A DNA stretch of 64,000 nucleotides from a virus: the IMG/VR virus record IMGVR_UViG_3300009180_000022, one strand, 5' to 3'. Position 1 is the stretch's first letter. Every line of letters begins with the position of its first letter. The notes under the pieces were generated by a model that was not told the DNA's origin, did no database searches, and saw only the letters and a program-made list of their open reading frames with translations. The position numbers and the translations under genes are program-made. Below are positions 1 to 9,884 of the stretch, in pieces.

Positions 1-207
1 GATGTAAAGAAATACATTCGTTATATTACCGATCGCAGACTAATTAGTCTTGGTTTAAAAGGCATCATGAAAGTAAAAAAGAATCCTCTACCCTGGGTTG
101 AGGAAATGATAAATAGCCCTATACATACAAACTTTTTTGAGAATAGAGCAACAGATTATGCAAAGGGCGCACTATCCGGATCATGGGGAGATATCTGGGC
201 TGATTGA
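1..207 (+). CDS. nrdB: ribonucleotide reductase class Ia beta subunit, 3' end (partial)
   Basis: Frame 1 reads ...YIRYITDRRLISLGLK...NPLPWVEEMINSPIHTNFFENRATDYAKG...WGDIWAD*; NFFE and conserved Tyr tail typical of NrdB. Confidence 0.9.
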   Translation, partial: DVKKYIRYITDRRLISLGLKGIMKVKKNPLPWVEEMINSPIHTNFFENRATDYAKGALSGSWGDIWAD

Positions 208-889
208 TACAAAGCCTTACACATACTCTATTACACACATACCTACTGGCAGAATTTACTACGGAGCTAGATATGCAAAAGGATGCACACCAACTGATTT
301 ATGGGTATCTTACTTCACATCAAGTAAAGTAGTACATCAATTAATCTTATCAGACGGGATAGAGTCATTTAAAATAAAAATTCGTAGGACTTTTAGTACG
401 TCTCAGCGAGCTATTGAGTGGGAAGGTCGTTTTCTTCGAAAAATAAATGCTAGAAAAAATACCAGGTTTTTAAACAAACACAACAACGACGGGCTTATAG
501 GACTAGCCGGTGATATGAATCCTATGAGAGATCCTGAAGTTGTTAAAAAGTGGAAAAATTCTGCAAAAATTAATAATAAAAAAACAGGTCGATCTCATTC
601 TGATACTCATAAATTAGCTATTTCAAAATCTCTTAAGGGTAGAGTTAGAACCGATGATGAGAGAGCTGCTATATCTAAAGGACTTAAAGGGTATAAACAT
701 ACTCAGGAATATAAGGATATGTGCAGGATAAGGCAGACAGGTAAAATACCTACCATAGAGGCTAATTCAAAAAGACGGGATTCTATTCTTGGTAGAAAAA
801 AATATGAGTTAAATGGTCAACGCAAACTATTTAAGCCTGGTACTGAGCCGATTGGTTGGAAACCGGTTAAAAATAAGGAAATAAAATGA
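137..889 (+). CDS. free-standing GIY-YIG homing endonuclease with NUMOD3-like repeats (true start probably near 158-203)
   Basis: PYTYSITHIPTGRIYYGARY motif, conserved Glu (AIEWE), FLNKH, then repeated HSDTHKLAISKSLKG-type helices. Confidence 0.8.
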   Translation: MRIEQQIMQRAHYPDHGEISGLIDTKPYTYSITHIPTGRIYYGARYAKGCTPTDLWVSYFTSSKVVHQLILSDGIESFKIKIRRTFSTSQRAIEWEGRFLRKINARKNTRFLNKHNNDGLIGLAGDMNPMRDPEVVKKWKNSAKINNKKTGRSHSDTHKLAISKSLKGRVRTDDERAAISKGLKGYKHTQEYKDMCRIRQTGKIPTIEANSKRRDSILGRKKYELNGQRKLFKPGTEPIGWKPVKNKEIK

Positions 890-1074
890 TAGATAAAAAA
901 CCCCACGTATGCTACGAATGCGATAGCGAATTCTTTGTATTTCCAACGTATGAAGAGAGTGAAGTAGGAGAAATCTCTTGGTGTCCGTATTGCGGATCTG
1001 AACTAGAGGCAGCCGCAGAGGATATAGATGAGGAAGCAGATGAGTACTTTAAGGAAGTAGATGACGAGGAGTGA
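886..1074 (+). CDS. small zinc-ribbon protein with acidic tail
   Basis: CYEC...CPYCG; ATGA overlap with upstream stop. Confidence 0.7.
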   Translation: MIDKKPHVCYECDSEFFVFPTYEESEVGEISWCPYCGSELEAAAEDIDEEADEYFKEVDDEE

Positions 1075-1098
1075 TACATAGTTCTTTGAGGTGACTAT

Positions 1099-1653
1099 GT
1101 GATTATTGCTGGTATTGACTTTTCATTAACATCCCCCGCTATATGCGTTCATTCTGGTACAGAGTTTAGCTACGACAATTGTAAGTTTTATTACCTTTCA
1201 GGGCTTAAGAAGACTATTGCTTCTTCTAATAACATGACCGGGACTCTGTATCCAGAATATGATACTGTAATGCAACGGTATCAAAACATATCGACATGGG
1301 TGATGAACATTATTACCACCAGCAAAGTATCGCATGTCTATCTTGAAGACTATGCATTCGGGGCAACTGGCAGAGTGTTTCATATAGCTGAGAATACAGG
1401 CATACTTAAGTACAACCTATGGCAGAACAACATACCTATCGTAACCATCCCTCCCACAGTAATAAAGAAATTTGCAACCGGTAAGGGTAATGCTAACAAA
1501 GAAATCTTACAAGAACACTTTATTACAGAGACTGGCATTGATATCAAAACTCAACTACAATTAACACTTAAGCAATGGAATCCTTCATCGGATATCATTG
1601 ATAGTTATTACATTTGTAAGTATGGAGTTTCTGAGTATGGCAAAGAAAAGTAG
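1099..1653 (+). CDS. ruvC: RuvC-like Holliday junction resolvase
   Basis: IAGIDFSLTSPA, YLEDY, IKKFATGKGNANKE, DIIDS catalytic motifs. Confidence 0.85.
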   Translation: MIIAGIDFSLTSPAICVHSGTEFSYDNCKFYYLSGLKKTIASSNNMTGTLYPEYDTVMQRYQNISTWVMNIITTSKVSHVYLEDYAFGATGRVFHIAENTGILKYNLWQNNIPIVTIPPTVIKKFATGKGNANKEILQEHFITETGIDIKTQLQLTLKQWNPSSDIIDSYYICKYGVSEYGKEK

Positions 1654-1870
1654 CAGCGGTATACCTTATGTCTTTCCTTCTGGTAAAGCTTCGTACGTAT
1701 ACGAAAAAGATGCAATAAATATTAAAGTATACTATAATGCATTTAAGAATGTAGAAGTGTTTCAGACATGTAATGGGCATACCCAGCGTATGCCGATGTC
1801 GCATAATGATTACGAGAACTTTGAGAATAGGTTAAAGTCAAATGGATTTAAACAGCTGGCGTTAGTATAA
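1598..1870 (+). CDS. hypothetical protein (start possibly at the MAKK Met)
   Basis: ORF in operon context; 3' end overlaps tRNA-Arg. Confidence 0.5.
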   Translation: MIVITFVSMEFLSMAKKSSSGIPYVFPSGKASYVYEKDAINIKVYYNAFKNVEVFQTCNGHTQRMPMSHNDYENFENRLKSNGFKQLALV

Positions 1871-1930
1871 TGGATAATACAGGGGATTTCTACTCCCTAG
1901 ATGGGGGTTCGATTCCCTCACGCCGGACCA
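1856..1930 (+). tRNA. tRNA-Arg(TCT)
   Basis: CTGGCGT/ACGCCGG acceptor, GGGGA-TT-TCT-AC-TCCCT anticodon arm, GGGGG-TTCGATT-CCCTC T arm, ACCA end. Confidence 0.85.
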
Positions 1931-1936
1931 AATATT

Positions 1937-2146
1937 ATGAATCAAGTCAATCGTCAACCTATCTTTAACGTTAAACAAAACGTTACTCTATTTAATAAAA
2001 TTACTAACGATACATTTGTAGGTGATATCGTTAATGAAAACGAAATTGATGGTCGTCAATACTGGGTATTTCACTCGTATATTCGTCCTAATAGTCGATT
2101 GCTTATGGCAAAAGACTCCTACACAATAACTAAAGCTAAGAAATAG
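1937..2146 (+). CDS. hypothetical protein
   Basis: ATG at 1937 just after tRNA CCA; ORF track. Confidence 0.55.
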   Translation: MNQVNRQPIFNVKQNVTLFNKITNDTFVGDIVNENEIDGRQYWVFHSYIRPNSRLLMAKDSYTITKAKK

Positions 2147-2219
2147 TTGATATCAACTACGAACTTAGCTATTATAACCGATGCCAATTGGCATTTTTCT
2201 TTTAATTATGAGGTATTTT

Positions 2220-2474
2220 ATGAATCAAAAAACAAAACTACGTATAGCATTTTTCAACGGCCGTGAGATGACTGCCAAGCAAATGACATCCCAATTCGGT
2301 ATTGCATCTCCTCGCAAGGTCGTGAGTGATTTGCGTCTTGAAGATGGATTGCCAATCTACGCAAACAAGCACGTAGACACCAAAGGGCGTGAAACAACCA
2401 AGTATCGTTTAGGTACTCCAAGCCGCTCAGTTATTGCTGCTGGCTACCGTGCAATGGCCCTTGGTCTTGTTTAA
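2220..2474 (+). CDS. hypothetical protein, probable winged-helix DNA-binding
   Basis: SD GAGG before ATG 2220; MTAKQMTSQFGIASPRKVVSDLR HTH-like, TTKYRLG wing. Confidence 0.65.
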   Translation: MNQKTKLRIAFFNGREMTAKQMTSQFGIASPRKVVSDLRLEDGLPIYANKHVDTKGRETTKYRLGTPSRSVIAAGYRAMALGLV

Positions 2475-2497
2475 GCTACCGTAATGTAGTATAATTA

Positions 2498-2520
2498 GGG
2501 GACTTGTTGTCCCCTTTTTC
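2498..2520 (+). terminator. rho-independent terminator
   Basis: GGGGAC-TTGTT-GTCCCC followed by TTTTT. Confidence 0.75.
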
Positions 2521-2531
2521 ATTTATAAATT

Positions 2532-2840
2532 ATGAACACAGAACTTAAATCCTTTGATTATAAACTTAAAGAAGCCGCACCACTTGCCTCACCAGAAGGT
2601 CGTAAATGGCTTATGGATCACCTTAAGATAAGCACTATTAGAGTAAGGTTCATTAAGGCTGATGGTACTGAGAGGACCATGAACTGTACCCTTGATGATC
2701 GAGTGGTTCCTGTACTAGAAAAGAAGACTGATAAAGTCAAAACACTTAACGAAGACGTGTTGCCAGTATATGATGTTGATGCTAAAGGTTGGAGATCGTT
2801 CCGCCTAGATAGTATTTTGACAATATCCTTTGATCTATGA
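2532..2840 (+). CDS. WYL-like/Sm-fold protein
   Basis: VRFIKADGTERTMNCTL ... VYDVDAKGWRSFRLDSI signature. Confidence 0.75.
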   Translation: MNTELKSFDYKLKEAAPLASPEGRKWLMDHLKISTIRVRFIKADGTERTMNCTLDDRVVPVLEKKTDKVKTLNEDVLPVYDVDAKGWRSFRLDSILTISFDL

Positions 2841-3256
2841 AAACAGGCATTACATTTGGTGCATTTGATTTATGTCATACCGGGCATGTTCTTATGTTTG
2901 CAGAGTGTAAGGCTTACTGCGATCATCTCATCGTCGGACTCCAGGTAGACCCAAGCCTTGAACGTAAAGAAAAGAATACCCCAGTACAATCACTTTATGA
3001 GCGCTTTGTGCAACTTAACGCAATCAAATATATCGATGAAATTGTACCGTATGCTTATGAGCATGAGATACTACAAATTATACAATCAAGAAACATTGGC
3101 GTTCGGTTTGTGGGCGCTGATTACATCAGTCGCGATTTTACTGGTAAAGACTATTGTGTTAGCAAATCCATCGATTTACACTTTAACAATAGAGATCATG
3201 GATTCAGTACTACAGAATTAAGGAAAAGAATTGAAAGTCCTAATAACAGGAAGTAG
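2837..3256 (+). CDS. cytidylyltransferase-family nucleotidyltransferase (TagD/RfaE-II-like)
   Basis: GITFGAFDLCHTGH (HxGH), RDHGFSTTELRKRI. Confidence 0.85.
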   Translation: MKTGITFGAFDLCHTGHVLMFAECKAYCDHLIVGLQVDPSLERKEKNTPVQSLYERFVQLNAIKYIDEIVPYAYEHEILQIIQSRNIGVRFVGADYISRDFTGKDYCVSKSIDLHFNNRDHGFSTTELRKRIESPNNRK

Positions 3257-4187
3257 AGGCTACATCGGATCTGTGCTTGCTAAAACCTTACAAAAGCAAA
3301 GTATAACATCAATTGGTATTGATCATAATGGAAGACCAGATGGTTCATCGATATATGGGGTGTATAGCGAGGCATGTATTACTGATGATGAAGTTATAGA
3401 AGTAGTAATGCAGAGTGGTATTGATACAATTTTTCATTTGGCAGCTAGTGCAGATGTAGGTGAGAGTGTCACTAACCCAGCAGCATTTTACTATAACAAC
3501 ATCGGTAGAACATCCCTTATGATGACAAAGTTACTTGCCAGCGGGTGGCAGGGTAAAGTAGTTTTTTCATCAACTGCGGCTGTATATGAGCCGTCGATGT
3601 ACATTATTAACGAGAACGACCCGAAGGTCTCTCCAAATCCTTATGGTAGGAGCAAGCTTGCGTGTGAGGAATTGTTGCTTGATATTTACAAGGCCCATGA
3701 AATACCCACAGTTGTGTTTAGGTATTTTAACGTAGCGGGGGCTTGGGATGATGTAGGTGACCATATTGATGCCAATCATATAGTTTCGCGTATGTGTAAG
3801 ACTGCACACTCAAACACGCCATTTACTATTTTTGGCACAGATAAACAAACTAGGGACGGGACATGTATAAGGGACTATCTGCATGTAAGAGATGTTTGTG
3901 ACGCGCACCTACGGGCAGCTGAATACTTAGATTTAAATCCTGGATTTCATACTTTTAATTTAGGTACAGGAACCGGTATTACAAATAAAGAAATGATAAC
4001 GGCGTTTGAGAGATTTACTGCACGTAAGTTGGATGTAAGATACGGGCTTGGGCGCCTTGGTGATCCAGATATTCTTTTTGCAAACCCATCTAAATTTACT
4101 AATTTAACGGGATATAGATATAAGCATAGTAGCTTAGAAAATATTATTTCTACAGCATGGCAATATTATTGTAACAAAATGGAGTGA
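3231..4187 (+). CDS. galE: UDP-glucose 4-epimerase-like NDP-sugar epimerase
   Basis: VLITGSRGYIGS, FSSTAAVY, YGRSK (YxxxK), RYFNVAGA, GTCIRDYLHV. Confidence 0.9.
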   Translation: MKVLITGSRGYIGSVLAKTLQKQSITSIGIDHNGRPDGSSIYGVYSEACITDDEVIEVVMQSGIDTIFHLAASADVGESVTNPAAFYYNNIGRTSLMMTKLLASGWQGKVVFSSTAAVYEPSMYIINENDPKVSPNPYGRSKLACEELLLDIYKAHEIPTVVFRYFNVAGAWDDVGDHIDANHIVSRMCKTAHSNTPFTIFGTDKQTRDGTCIRDYLHVRDVCDAHLRAAEYLDLNPGFHTFNLGTGTGITNKEMITAFERFTARKLDVRYGLGRLGDPDILFANPSKFTNLTGYRYKHSSLENIISTAWQYYCNKME

Positions 4188-4190
4188 TAG

Positions 4191-5189
4191 ATGTTTGATG
4201 AGAATGAAGTTTCTCTAAAATCGCAAGGCGGTACTGAGAGAATGAAGCGTGGACTAGCAGCAAGACTTCCAAGTGAATTTAATGATGACTTTCAAATTAT
4301 TTGTTCAAGGGTACGCGAACTGCAAGCAGATAAAATTCGGGTTTACTGGTTGCATGATCTACCTGATGATCCTGAGACTGAGCATCTCAAGGACCAAAGC
4401 AGCCGTGATAGATTTCATAAAACAGTATTCTGCGGCCAGTGGCAATACTATCGCTACCAACACATGCTTGGAATGCCCTATGATAGCAATAGCGCTGTAA
4501 TCGAAACAGCTATTGATCCGTTACCGACCGTAGTTAAATCTAAGGATGAAATTCGTTTAGTATACTCATCAACACCTCAACGTGGATTGTCGTTATTGGT
4601 ACCAGTGTTTGAGGAGCTTGCAAAGAAACATGAGAATATTATTCTTGACGTCTTCTCAAGCTTTAAGATTTATGGGTGGGATGGAGCTGATCAACAATTT
4701 GAACCTTTATATGAGCGTTGCAGGCAGCATCCAAGGATTAACTATCACTCATTTGCTCCAAACGAGGTAGTAAAGGAAACACTACTTAAAGCACATATCC
4801 ATGCATACCCGTCTATCTGGCTTGAGTGTAATAGTCAGAGTATTATTGAGGCGATGTCTGCTGGCGCCCTATGTGTGCATCCAAACTTTGGTGGGCTTAT
4901 TGATACAAGTGGTGGTATGAATTTTATGTATCAAGGACACTCAGATCCTAACACTCACGCTGGTATTTTTTATCAAGCATTAGACAATGCAATTAGCGTG
5001 GTAAACAACGAACAAGTTCAAACATACCTGCAGCTTGTAAAAATGTACGCTGATAACAGATACAACTGGGGCAAGGTTACCCAGCAATGGGTTGATTTAC
5101 TTTCTAACCTAAAGAATCAGTACTCGTCTATTGGTAGTAGATCACTACCAGGAAACAATCAAACTTTCGTTTATAATACAACTCGATGA
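4191..5189 (+). CDS. GT-B (GT4-like) glycosyltransferase
   Basis: GGTE, YSSTPQRGL, YPSIWLECNSQSIIEAMSAG (ExxxxxxxEAM). Confidence 0.8.
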   Translation: MFDENEVSLKSQGGTERMKRGLAARLPSEFNDDFQIICSRVRELQADKIRVYWLHDLPDDPETEHLKDQSSRDRFHKTVFCGQWQYYRYQHMLGMPYDSNSAVIETAIDPLPTVVKSKDEIRLVYSSTPQRGLSLLVPVFEELAKKHENIILDVFSSFKIYGWDGADQQFEPLYERCRQHPRINYHSFAPNEVVKETLLKAHIHAYPSIWLECNSQSIIEAMSAGALCVHPNFGGLIDTSGGMNFMYQGHSDPNTHAGIFYQALDNAISVVNNEQVQTYLQLVKMYADNRYNWGKVTQQWVDLLSNLKNQYSSIGSRSLPGNNQTFVYNTTR

Positions 5190-6163
5190 TTTTAACCCGC
5201 ACACCCCTACGAGTAAGCTTGTTCGGTGGTGGTAGTGATCTCCCTTCCTACTACAATGAAAATGTAGGAAAAGTTCTATCATTCACAATAGACAAATACA
5301 TGTACATCGCACTCTGCCGTACAGCACTCCAGGGTATTAAAGTTGTATATAACGAAGTCGAACAAGCAGCAAATCTAGAAGATGTTAAGCATTCGAGGGT
5401 AAGAGAGTGCTTGAGGGACTTTGACATACATTCTCATATTGAGATAAGTTCGTTCTGTGAGATACCAACCAAAGGTACAGGGCTTGGATCGTCATCAACA
5501 TTTACTGTTGGATTAATTAACGCATTGTCTGAACTTAAAGGTATATCACTTAATAAATCCGATATTGCCCGTAATGCATGCTTTATAGAAATGCAGATGT
5601 GTAATGAGCCAATAGGTAAGCAAGATCAATATGCTGCAGCTTACGGAGGATGTAACATATTTGAATTTAATCCTAACGATCATGTCACAGCTATCAACCC
5701 AGGGTTTGAACGCACTGTTTTAACTAACCTCAATAAGAACTTAATGATGTTCTATACAGGTATATCTAGAAATGCGTCTGACATTTTAGGAATACAATCT
5801 AGCAGTACTAACAGCAACTTATTACTGTTAAGTAATATGGTGGGAATGGTAGATAAAGCAAAAAACTTCTTACTTAAAGGAGACGTTGATTCGATTGGTG
5901 CTATGTTAGATGAAGGCTGGCAATTGAAGAAGCAGCTAGCGTATAATGTATCGAATGACTTGATAGATATTCAATACAAGAAAGCTATTCAGGCAGGGGC
6001 TCTAGGCGGTAAGATTTTAGGTGCCGGTGGAGGTGGGTATTGGTTATTTTACGTGCCTAATGAACGTCAAGATGCAGTAAGAAGAGCAATGGGTAATTTA
6101 CAGGAATTTAATTTTAATTTTGAGGACACTGGTACAACAGTATTATACAATGAAAGCAAGTGA
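5186..6163 (+). CDS. hddA: D-glycero-alpha-D-manno-heptose-7-phosphate kinase (GHMP kinase)
   Basis: RTPLRVSLFGGGSD, PTKGTGLGSSS, GKQDQYAAAYGG, GGKILGAGGGG. Confidence 0.85.
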   Translation: MILTRTPLRVSLFGGGSDLPSYYNENVGKVLSFTIDKYMYIALCRTALQGIKVVYNEVEQAANLEDVKHSRVRECLRDFDIHSHIEISSFCEIPTKGTGLGSSSTFTVGLINALSELKGISLNKSDIARNACFIEMQMCNEPIGKQDQYAAAYGGCNIFEFNPNDHVTAINPGFERTVLTNLNKNLMMFYTGISRNASDILGIQSSSTNSNLLLLSNMVGMVDKAKNFLLKGDVDSIGAMLDEGWQLKKQLAYNVSNDLIDIQYKKAIQAGALGGKILGAGGGGYWLFYVPNERQDAVRRAMGNLQEFNFNFEDTGTTVLYNESK

Positions 6164-6737
6164 ACACTTTAAAAACTATGTAACTGAACTTATCGATGGA
6201 TTGGTCTCAGTGGATGCTAAGCAAATAGATAGCGTTACTGAAGAACTTATATCGGCTTATTCAAACGGTAATAATATCTTTGTATGCGGTAATGGTGGGT
6301 CAGCTGCCATAGCCGATCATTTCTGCTGTGATCATTCTAAAGGTGTGCATACAGATACAGACATGCTACCACAAATTCAACCACTTACTGGAAATGTATC
6401 TACACTAACAGCTATTGCAAACGACATGGGGTATGAACATGTATTCTCATATCAGCTTAAGTTAAAAGCAAAAGCCCACGACTTGCTTATTGTTATTTCA
6501 AGTAGTGGCAATTCAAGTAATATTGTCAATGCAATTATTGAGGCACGACGCCTTGGAGTAGTTGTTATTGCGCTTGTAGGATTTGACGGCGGATATGCAA
6601 GTAAAAATTCTCACATGACACTACATGTTAAAAGTGATAACTACGGAGTAGTAGAAGATTCACATCAAGCATTGATGCATATAATGGCTCAATCGATCAG
6701 GCTAACGCACCTAAATAAAGAATCAATTAAACTATAA
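6150..6737 (+). CDS. gmhA: phosphoheptose (sedoheptulose-7-P) isomerase
   Basis: CGNGGSAA, TAIANDMGY, ISSSGNS, YGVVEDSH...H SIS motifs. Confidence 0.85.
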   Translation: MKASEHFKNYVTELIDGLVSVDAKQIDSVTEELISAYSNGNNIFVCGNGGSAAIADHFCCDHSKGVHTDTDMLPQIQPLTGNVSTLTAIANDMGYEHVFSYQLKLKAKAHDLLIVISSSGNSSNIVNAIIEARRLGVVVIALVGFDGGYASKNSHMTLHVKSDNYGVVEDSHQALMHIMAQSIRLTHLNKESIKL

Positions 6738-6743
6738 AATGAC

Positions 6744-7598
6744 ATGATCTTACTTGACTTTAATCAAGTGTGCATTGCAAACCTAATGGCTCAGTTAGGC
6801 AATCATACTAATGCCGAGATCGAAGAAAACCTTTTAAGGCACATGGTTTTAAATACTATCAGGTCTCTTAAAAGCAAGTTCTCTCACGAGTTCGGTGAAC
6901 TTATTATCTGCTGTGATGATAAGAAGGTGTGGCGCAAAGAGGTGTTTAAATACTACAAGGCTAATAGGCGCAAGGCTCGTGAAGATTCAGAACTAGATTG
7001 GAATGCAGTTTTTAATGCACTCAACAGCATTAAATATGATCTTAAGGAGTTCTTTCCCTATAGAGTACTACAGGTAGAAGGTGCTGAAGCTGATGACATT
7101 ATTGGCGCAATTACCATTGCTAACGGCAATATGCTAAATACTGGTAATAAGATTCTTATTCTTTCTGGAGATAAAGATTTTGGACAGCTTCAAGTGTTTG
7201 GAAATGTTAAGCAGTATGACCCTGTCAGAAAAAAAGACATTAAGCATGCCGATCCTGTTAGGTTTACTAGGGAACTTATCCTTAAGGGTGATATAGGAGA
7301 TGGTATTCCAAACATACTTTCTCCTGATGACTGCCTTGTTAATAAGGTTAGGCAAAAGCCCATGCGGCTTGAGAAGTTCTCACACCTTAAAAATCCGCGT
7401 AAAGAACTCGAGGGTGAGCAACTTCGCAACTGGATTAGAAACGAAGAACTCATCGATCTTACTTTTATACCTGCCCCACTACACGCAAAAATTCTCGAAG
7501 TGTATGAGAGCCAAGCAGGCAAAGATAGGTCTAAACTGTTCAACTACTTTATCACGCGTAAGCTTACCTTATTAATTGAAAGCATAAATGAGTTCTAA
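6744..7598 (+). CDS. rnh: T4-type RNase H / 5'-3' exonuclease
   Basis: ILLDFNQ, YYKANR, EADDIIG, SGDKDF, GDIGDGIPN. Confidence 0.9.
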   Translation: MILLDFNQVCIANLMAQLGNHTNAEIEENLLRHMVLNTIRSLKSKFSHEFGELIICCDDKKVWRKEVFKYYKANRRKAREDSELDWNAVFNALNSIKYDLKEFFPYRVLQVEGAEADDIIGAITIANGNMLNTGNKILILSGDKDFGQLQVFGNVKQYDPVRKKDIKHADPVRFTRELILKGDIGDGIPNILSPDDCLVNKVRQKPMRLEKFSHLKNPRKELEGEQLRNWIRNEELIDLTFIPAPLHAKILEVYESQAGKDRSKLFNYFITRKLTLLIESINEF

Positions 7599-8024
7599 AT
7601 GAAAAAATCTTTATATGAAGTTCTAGAAATTTGCTCTAAAGGCAAAACCGTAGATGAGAGAGTTGAGCTATTGCAAAAGAATGCATCTACTTCACTATAC
7701 ACTCTGCTCAAGTATGCATTCGATCCCTCTCTTAAATTTCTTTTACCAGAAACAAACCCACCGTATAAACCTACTGACTTCCTTGATCAGGAAAACAGGC
7801 TCTATTCCGAGCTAAGAAGGTTGTATCTTTTTGTTGAAGGAGGCAATCCTAACCTTACACCGTTTAAGAGGGAAATGCTATTCATTCAACTACTAGAATC
7901 TATTGACAAGAACGATGCAGTACTGCTTTGCGCTGTCAAGGATAAAAAGTTGCCTTTTAAAGAACTCACCTCAAAAGTTATTAAAAAGGCTTTTCCAGGA
8001 CTATTGCCAGAGGATCAGAAGTAG
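7599..8024 (+). CDS. conserved T4-like hypothetical protein
   Basis: LLPETNPPYKP, KREMLFIQLLE motifs; typical position after rnh. Confidence 0.7.
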   Translation: MKKSLYEVLEICSKGKTVDERVELLQKNASTSLYTLLKYAFDPSLKFLLPETNPPYKPTDFLDQENRLYSELRRLYLFVEGGNPNLTPFKREMLFIQLLESIDKNDAVLLCAVKDKKLPFKELTSKVIKKAFPGLLPEDQK

Positions 8025-8031
8025 AAATAAA

Positions 8032-8208
8032 ATGAGTAAGACACAGAAGAAGAATGTTAAAAAGTCGTCTAATAATTACTTTGAAGACGGATACAATTCA
8101 AAACAAAAGACTAATGCAGACGTTAATAGAAAACAGCTTAAACGATTTGAAAACGCTCTTCGATCACGAGACTTAAATAAAATTCTAACCTACGAGGATG
8201 TGTTGTAA
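8032..8208 (+). CDS. hypothetical basic protein
   Basis: ATG 8032; TAATG coupling to next gene. Confidence 0.55.
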   Translation: MSKTQKKNVKKSSNNYFEDGYNSKQKTNADVNRKQLKRFENALRSRDLNKILTYEDVL

Positions 8209-8444
8209 TGCCTTTTTATGTTTTTAGAAATAAAAATACAGGAGATGAATTTGAGAAATTCTTAAAAATTTCCGAACTTGATCAGTATAGAATGGATAAT
8301 TTAGACTTGGAGTCTGTAATCCAAGCGCCTGGATTTAGTGATCCTGTAAGACTTGGACGTATGAAACCATCTAATGGGTTTAGAGATGTACTACAGAAGA
8401 TAAAAGAAGGTAGCCCAGGGAGTAACATTAACACTTACAAATAA
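8208..8444 (+). CDS. FmdB-like small protein (Cys-less)
   Basis: MPFYVFRNKNTGDEFE..., GFRDVLQKIK. Confidence 0.65.
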   Translation: MPFYVFRNKNTGDEFEKFLKISELDQYRMDNLDLESVIQAPGFSDPVRLGRMKPSNGFRDVLQKIKEGSPGSNINTYK

Positions 8445-8455
8445 AAAGAGGTTCA

Positions 8456-9211
8456 ATGAGCAGACTAGCTAGAAAAAACATAAGAGAACTAAAAGAGACC
8501 GGTATAGTACTCGAGTTCGAAACAAAGCAAGTTAAGACTAACCTATTAATAAAACAATTTGAACCACTAACGTTAAATCAGGAATTAACGTTTAAAGCAT
8601 ATAATAAGAACAGAAATATTCTTTTACACGGACTTGCAGGTACTGGTAAAACATTCATGTCCTTGTATTTAAGTCTAAAAGAAGTTCTTGGCAAAAGTAA
8701 GTATAAAAAAATAATTATTGTAAGATCCGTAGTACCAACTAGAGACATGGGATTCTTACCTGGTACTCAAAAAGAGAAGACAAAGGTGTATGAGGCACCT
8801 TATCAGGCAGTATGCGCCGAGCTGTTTGGTAGAGGTGATGCGTATGAGGTACTAAAAGGTCGTGGAATAATTGAGTTTATTTCAACATCTTTTATTCGAG
8901 GCACAACGATAGGCAACTCAATCGTTATCGTTGATGAGGTTAATAATATGACCTTTCATGAACTAGACAGCGTAATAACTCGTCTAGGAAACAACAGTAA
9001 AATTTTACTGTGTGGAGATTTTAGGCAGAGTGATCTTATTAAGCAGAGTGATAAAAATGGCTTACGCCATTTTATGAATATCCTTGAAAAAATGGGCAGC
9101 TTTGAGCACATTGAATTTGAACAAGAAGACATTGTTAGATCAGGTCTTGTTAAGGAGTATATAATTGCTAAAGACAGGCTTGGCTATTCGTCAGGAACCC
9201 TTCAGGTATGA
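8456..9211 (+). CDS. phoH: PhoH-family ATPase
   Basis: GLAGTGKT Walker A, RDMGFLPG, FIRGTT, IVDE, GDFRQSD. Confidence 0.92.
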   Translation: MSRLARKNIRELKETGIVLEFETKQVKTNLLIKQFEPLTLNQELTFKAYNKNRNILLHGLAGTGKTFMSLYLSLKEVLGKSKYKKIIIVRSVVPTRDMGFLPGTQKEKTKVYEAPYQAVCAELFGRGDAYEVLKGRGIIEFISTSFIRGTTIGNSIVIVDEVNNMTFHELDSVITRLGNNSKILLCGDFRQSDLIKQSDKNGLRHFMNILEKMGSFEHIEFEQEDIVRSGLVKEYIIAKDRLGYSSGTLQV

Positions 9212-9857
9212 AGCACTCAAAGATTACGAGTTAAATACTGAAAATAAGAACGGGAAAAGGCACTACAATGTAGATGGTGAGCTTTTCCCGTCTGTTACAA
9301 CCGTTCTTTCATCCCTACCAAAACCAGGACTTGATGCCTGGAAAGCAAGAACGGGAGAGGCAGAGGCTGCAAAAATCATGAATGCAGCCGCCTCGCGAGG
9401 CACTAAAGCGCACAAGATGTGGGAAGAATACCTACGCAATGATGTTGACTTTAGCAAAGGTATGATGCCTTCGTCAATCATGCTTTTTAAACAACTTCAG
9501 CCATGGCTTGACCGGAACATTGACTTCCTGTACGGCAATGAGATAGCACTGTTCTCCAAGGTTCTCCGCACTGCTGGAAGGTGTGATGCCATCGCATCTG
9601 TCAACGGACGACCAGCTATTGTCGACTTCAAGACATCAACCAATCCTAAAAAAGAAGAATGGATTAGCAGTTATTACTACCAAGTAACGGCTTACGCTAT
9701 GATGGTTGAAGAGATGTATGGAATTGTAGTTGAGGATGCTTACATCCTTATTGCAGTAGAAGACGGAGATCCGCAAAGTTTCCCTATTCGTACCAGGCAC
9801 TACAAAGAAAAAGTAATCGAGATCTTCACTGAGTATAGCAGAAAGCAGTTGATTTAA
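9165..9857 (+). CDS. PD-(D/E)xK exonuclease (Cas4/AddB-like phage exonuclease)
   Basis: FPSVTTVLS, RGTKAH, AGRCD, IVDFKTS, QVTAYA. Confidence 0.85.
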   Translation: MLKTGLAIRQEPFRYEALKDYELNTENKNGKRHYNVDGELFPSVTTVLSSLPKPGLDAWKARTGEAEAAKIMNAAASRGTKAHKMWEEYLRNDVDFSKGMMPSSIMLFKQLQPWLDRNIDFLYGNEIALFSKVLRTAGRCDAIASVNGRPAIVDFKTSTNPKKEEWISSYYYQVTAYAMMVEEMYGIVVEDAYILIAVEDGDPQSFPIRTRHYKEKVIEIFTEYSRKQLI

Positions 9858-9877
9858 TTACGAGTTGATCCTATAAT
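9849..9877 (+). promoter_or_regulatory. sigma70-type early promoter
   Basis: TTGATT-17bp-TATAAT; member of a repeated AGTTGATTTAATT promoter family. Confidence 0.75.
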
Positions 9878-9884
9878 AGGGTAT

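Noticed and set aside
137-889. Group I intron in nrdB carrying the endonuclease
   Set aside because: nrdB ends normally at 207 with its conserved C-terminus and no downstream exon is seen; the endonuclease is free-standing.
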